NCBI GenBank assembly: GCA_051530055.1
Contig: CM121342.1
Span: forward strand, 7,324,691-7,388,690
Source: Neoechinorhynchus agilis
Taxonomy: Eukaryota; Animalia; Acanthocephala
Direction of reading: 5' to 3'
DNA length: 64,000 nt
The translations under genes were made by a program, and so were the position numbers. The notes below the pieces were generated by a model. It did no database searches and was not told the DNA's origin. It saw nothing but the letters and a program-made list of their open reading frames with translations. Shown here piece after piece: positions 62,028-64,000 of the stretch. Every line of letters begins with the position of its first letter. Position 1 is the first letter of the stretch.

Positions 62028-63167
62028 TTAGAAACAAGCGTAAGTGGAACGATCGTGTGTTTCGTTTTTCTCGTCCTTTTGAACTAGTTCATCGTTCTTT
62101 TCTTCGCCCACCACTGTAACTTCAGTTGTGTCCGTTATTTTAACCTTACAGATTTCATTCATAGACGAATTGGTATCAACGTCTTTTCTATCCTCCGGCG
62201 CTAATATTCTACACAACACTTCTTTGTCACAGAAAGTTTTACCACCACTTTCGTCTTCTTTCAAAGTCTCTTCCTTATTTTCAGGTAAATTTTCACGTTT
62301 TTTCATAATTGACTTCGTTGCCGTTTTTAGCGGTGTTATGGGACTTGATTTCTTCACATTGTCGCTATCATTAGCACTTCGAGCTTGTTTTTGACGGTTT
62401 AAATATTTTCTATCATACGATTTTGAACGTAACTTACTCTCAAAAGCATTCGGATATTGAATGCTTGTCATCAATGGTCGAAACGGTGCAGAATTGCACA
62501 TAAACGGATTACTATAGTTCATTTGTTGTATTAACGGAATTGAACGGAGAGATTTGTGATGTTGCGTAAAGGCCATGGGTTCATTACAAGGCACAAAGCT
62601 CAATAAACTCGGCCCATTAGGTTCAATCGTATTACACCTTCTCATCGAGTATTATTCATTTCATAATTTAAAAGAAATGAACACTTTTATGAAGTGAATT
62701 TAAATGTTTTGAGCGGCCATACGACCATACTGTTGTTGACCATTCTGACATCCGACTAACAAACCTGAACTTCCGTACATTTGTTGTCGACTAGATAATT
62801 TAGAGGAGTAAATCGGGCATTGATTGTTGTAAAAAGGAGTCTCGTTTGTTCTTAATGGTAGTCTTACTGTTTCCAAATGTGGAACCTGTGGACGAACTTT
62901 TTGAGGAGCAAAGAAATTCTGTGACTTCTCGCATAATTTGTGCTCTTTGTCTCGATTGTGTAATTGTCGTTTTATTTGAAACAGTCGAGCTTCTTCGTTA
63001 ATGTAGTCACGAAGTGGTCTTGGATCTATTGGAGCTGCTAATGCAGACGAATATTGAGGCATTCGGTACATAACACAACTTTGGTATTTACGCGAACTGT
63101 TCTCACCTATAATGCTTATTTCCACGACTTTAATAATCATAAACGTTAATTTTAGCCCGAAAAACAT
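62028..63167 (-). CDS. Unknown low-complexity protein(s): two ORFs (62700-63167, 62028-62645), possibly one spliced gene
   Basis: Long ORFs with protein-like composition; no motif recognised. Confidence 0.4.
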
Positions 63168-63170
63168 GAA

Positions 63171-63742
63171 AAAGTGAAGTTAAAATTATGCAATTCTAAC
63201 CAGATTTGGGCCCCAGAACTTTGATATTTGTATTCAAGCTCTAAAAAATTAACAGACATCACATTGTGGGGTTTCGGTTATCCCTAAACAAAAAATCCCG
63301 TTTCAAAATGGTGTTCGATCGCAATTAATTCGCGGATAATCTACGTTTTATTGTACTCAATTTCCAGAACAAAAATCCCCATCTAAGACTTTTATAAGGA
63401 AATGTTTCCCGATCCTGTCAAAGAAAACGAATTTATAGCGTTTTTTAAGCGGGGGAATGTTTCTTAAAGTTAAATACAATGAAACCATCGATGATCCTAA
63501 ACGTTGATTTTATCCAGATTGCTGTTCTACCCAACTTTCGTTGCTAGAAGAGAATCACAGCGAGAAAGAGAAAAAGTGAAGTTAAAATTATGTAATTCTA
63601 ACCAGATTTTGGTCCCAGAACTTTGATATTTGCATTCAAGCTCTAAAAACTTAACAGACATCACATTGTGGGGTTTCAGTTATCCCCAAACAAAAAATCC
63701 CGTTTCGAAATGGTGTTCGATCGCAATTAATTCGCGGATAAA
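63171..63742. repeat. ~170-bp direct repeat, two copies
   Basis: 63171-63340 approximately equals 63573-63742. Confidence 0.85.
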
Positions 63743-64000
63743 CGTCGTTCTACTTTATTTTGTTATTAATAATTCAGGTTCAACATTGAAGCGGAAATAT
63801 TTTTGATGGAATTATAAATGTGGAATCATAAACATAGTGTTTTTTTGACGAATGCCGGATTGCATTTTTTTATTCTTGCGAATCTTTGGATGTACTTTGC
63901 AGAAGTGTCCACGCTTCTTGTTCGTGCATTAAAATGCATAATGAAAGCAATTTTCCTTTTTTCTAATAGGCGCCTAAGTATTTCTGTTTAGAAAAAAGAA

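Overview
AT-rich animal genomic DNA. The evidence for a metazoan is the EMRE/SMDT1, TTLL10-like, FAM78, SART1 and TFIIE-beta genes, with short (about 44-55 nt) GT-AG introns. The left ~39 kb is mostly retroelement debris: several CRE-clade (RLE) non-LTR copies, two copies of an RT-core-deleted RTE derivative, a degenerate APE-RT element and many Penelope-like (PLE) pieces. It is interleaved with mostly decayed host-type genes: SLC22, a TFIIS-N-like repeat protein, bacterial-type DUF4139, and adjacent SET, Tudor and Argonaute sequences. The right ~25 kb holds apparently intact housekeeping genes with repeats in introns and spacers. Self-cleaving ribozyme motifs are frequent: two twister motifs at RTE 5' ends and several minimal hammerhead (HHR) motifs in PLE palindromic ends. 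The best leads are (1) a PLE-derived unit carrying a 519-aa orphan ORF, present as loaded, 5'-truncated and empty versions; (2) a possible hammerhead whose three strands lie in non-circularly-permuted B-A-C order (35471-35538); (3) an intronic satellite built from HHR-like PLE hairpins; (4) clustered silencing-gene relics; (5) an HGT candidate. All family calls come from motif recognition by eye; no database search or folding was run.
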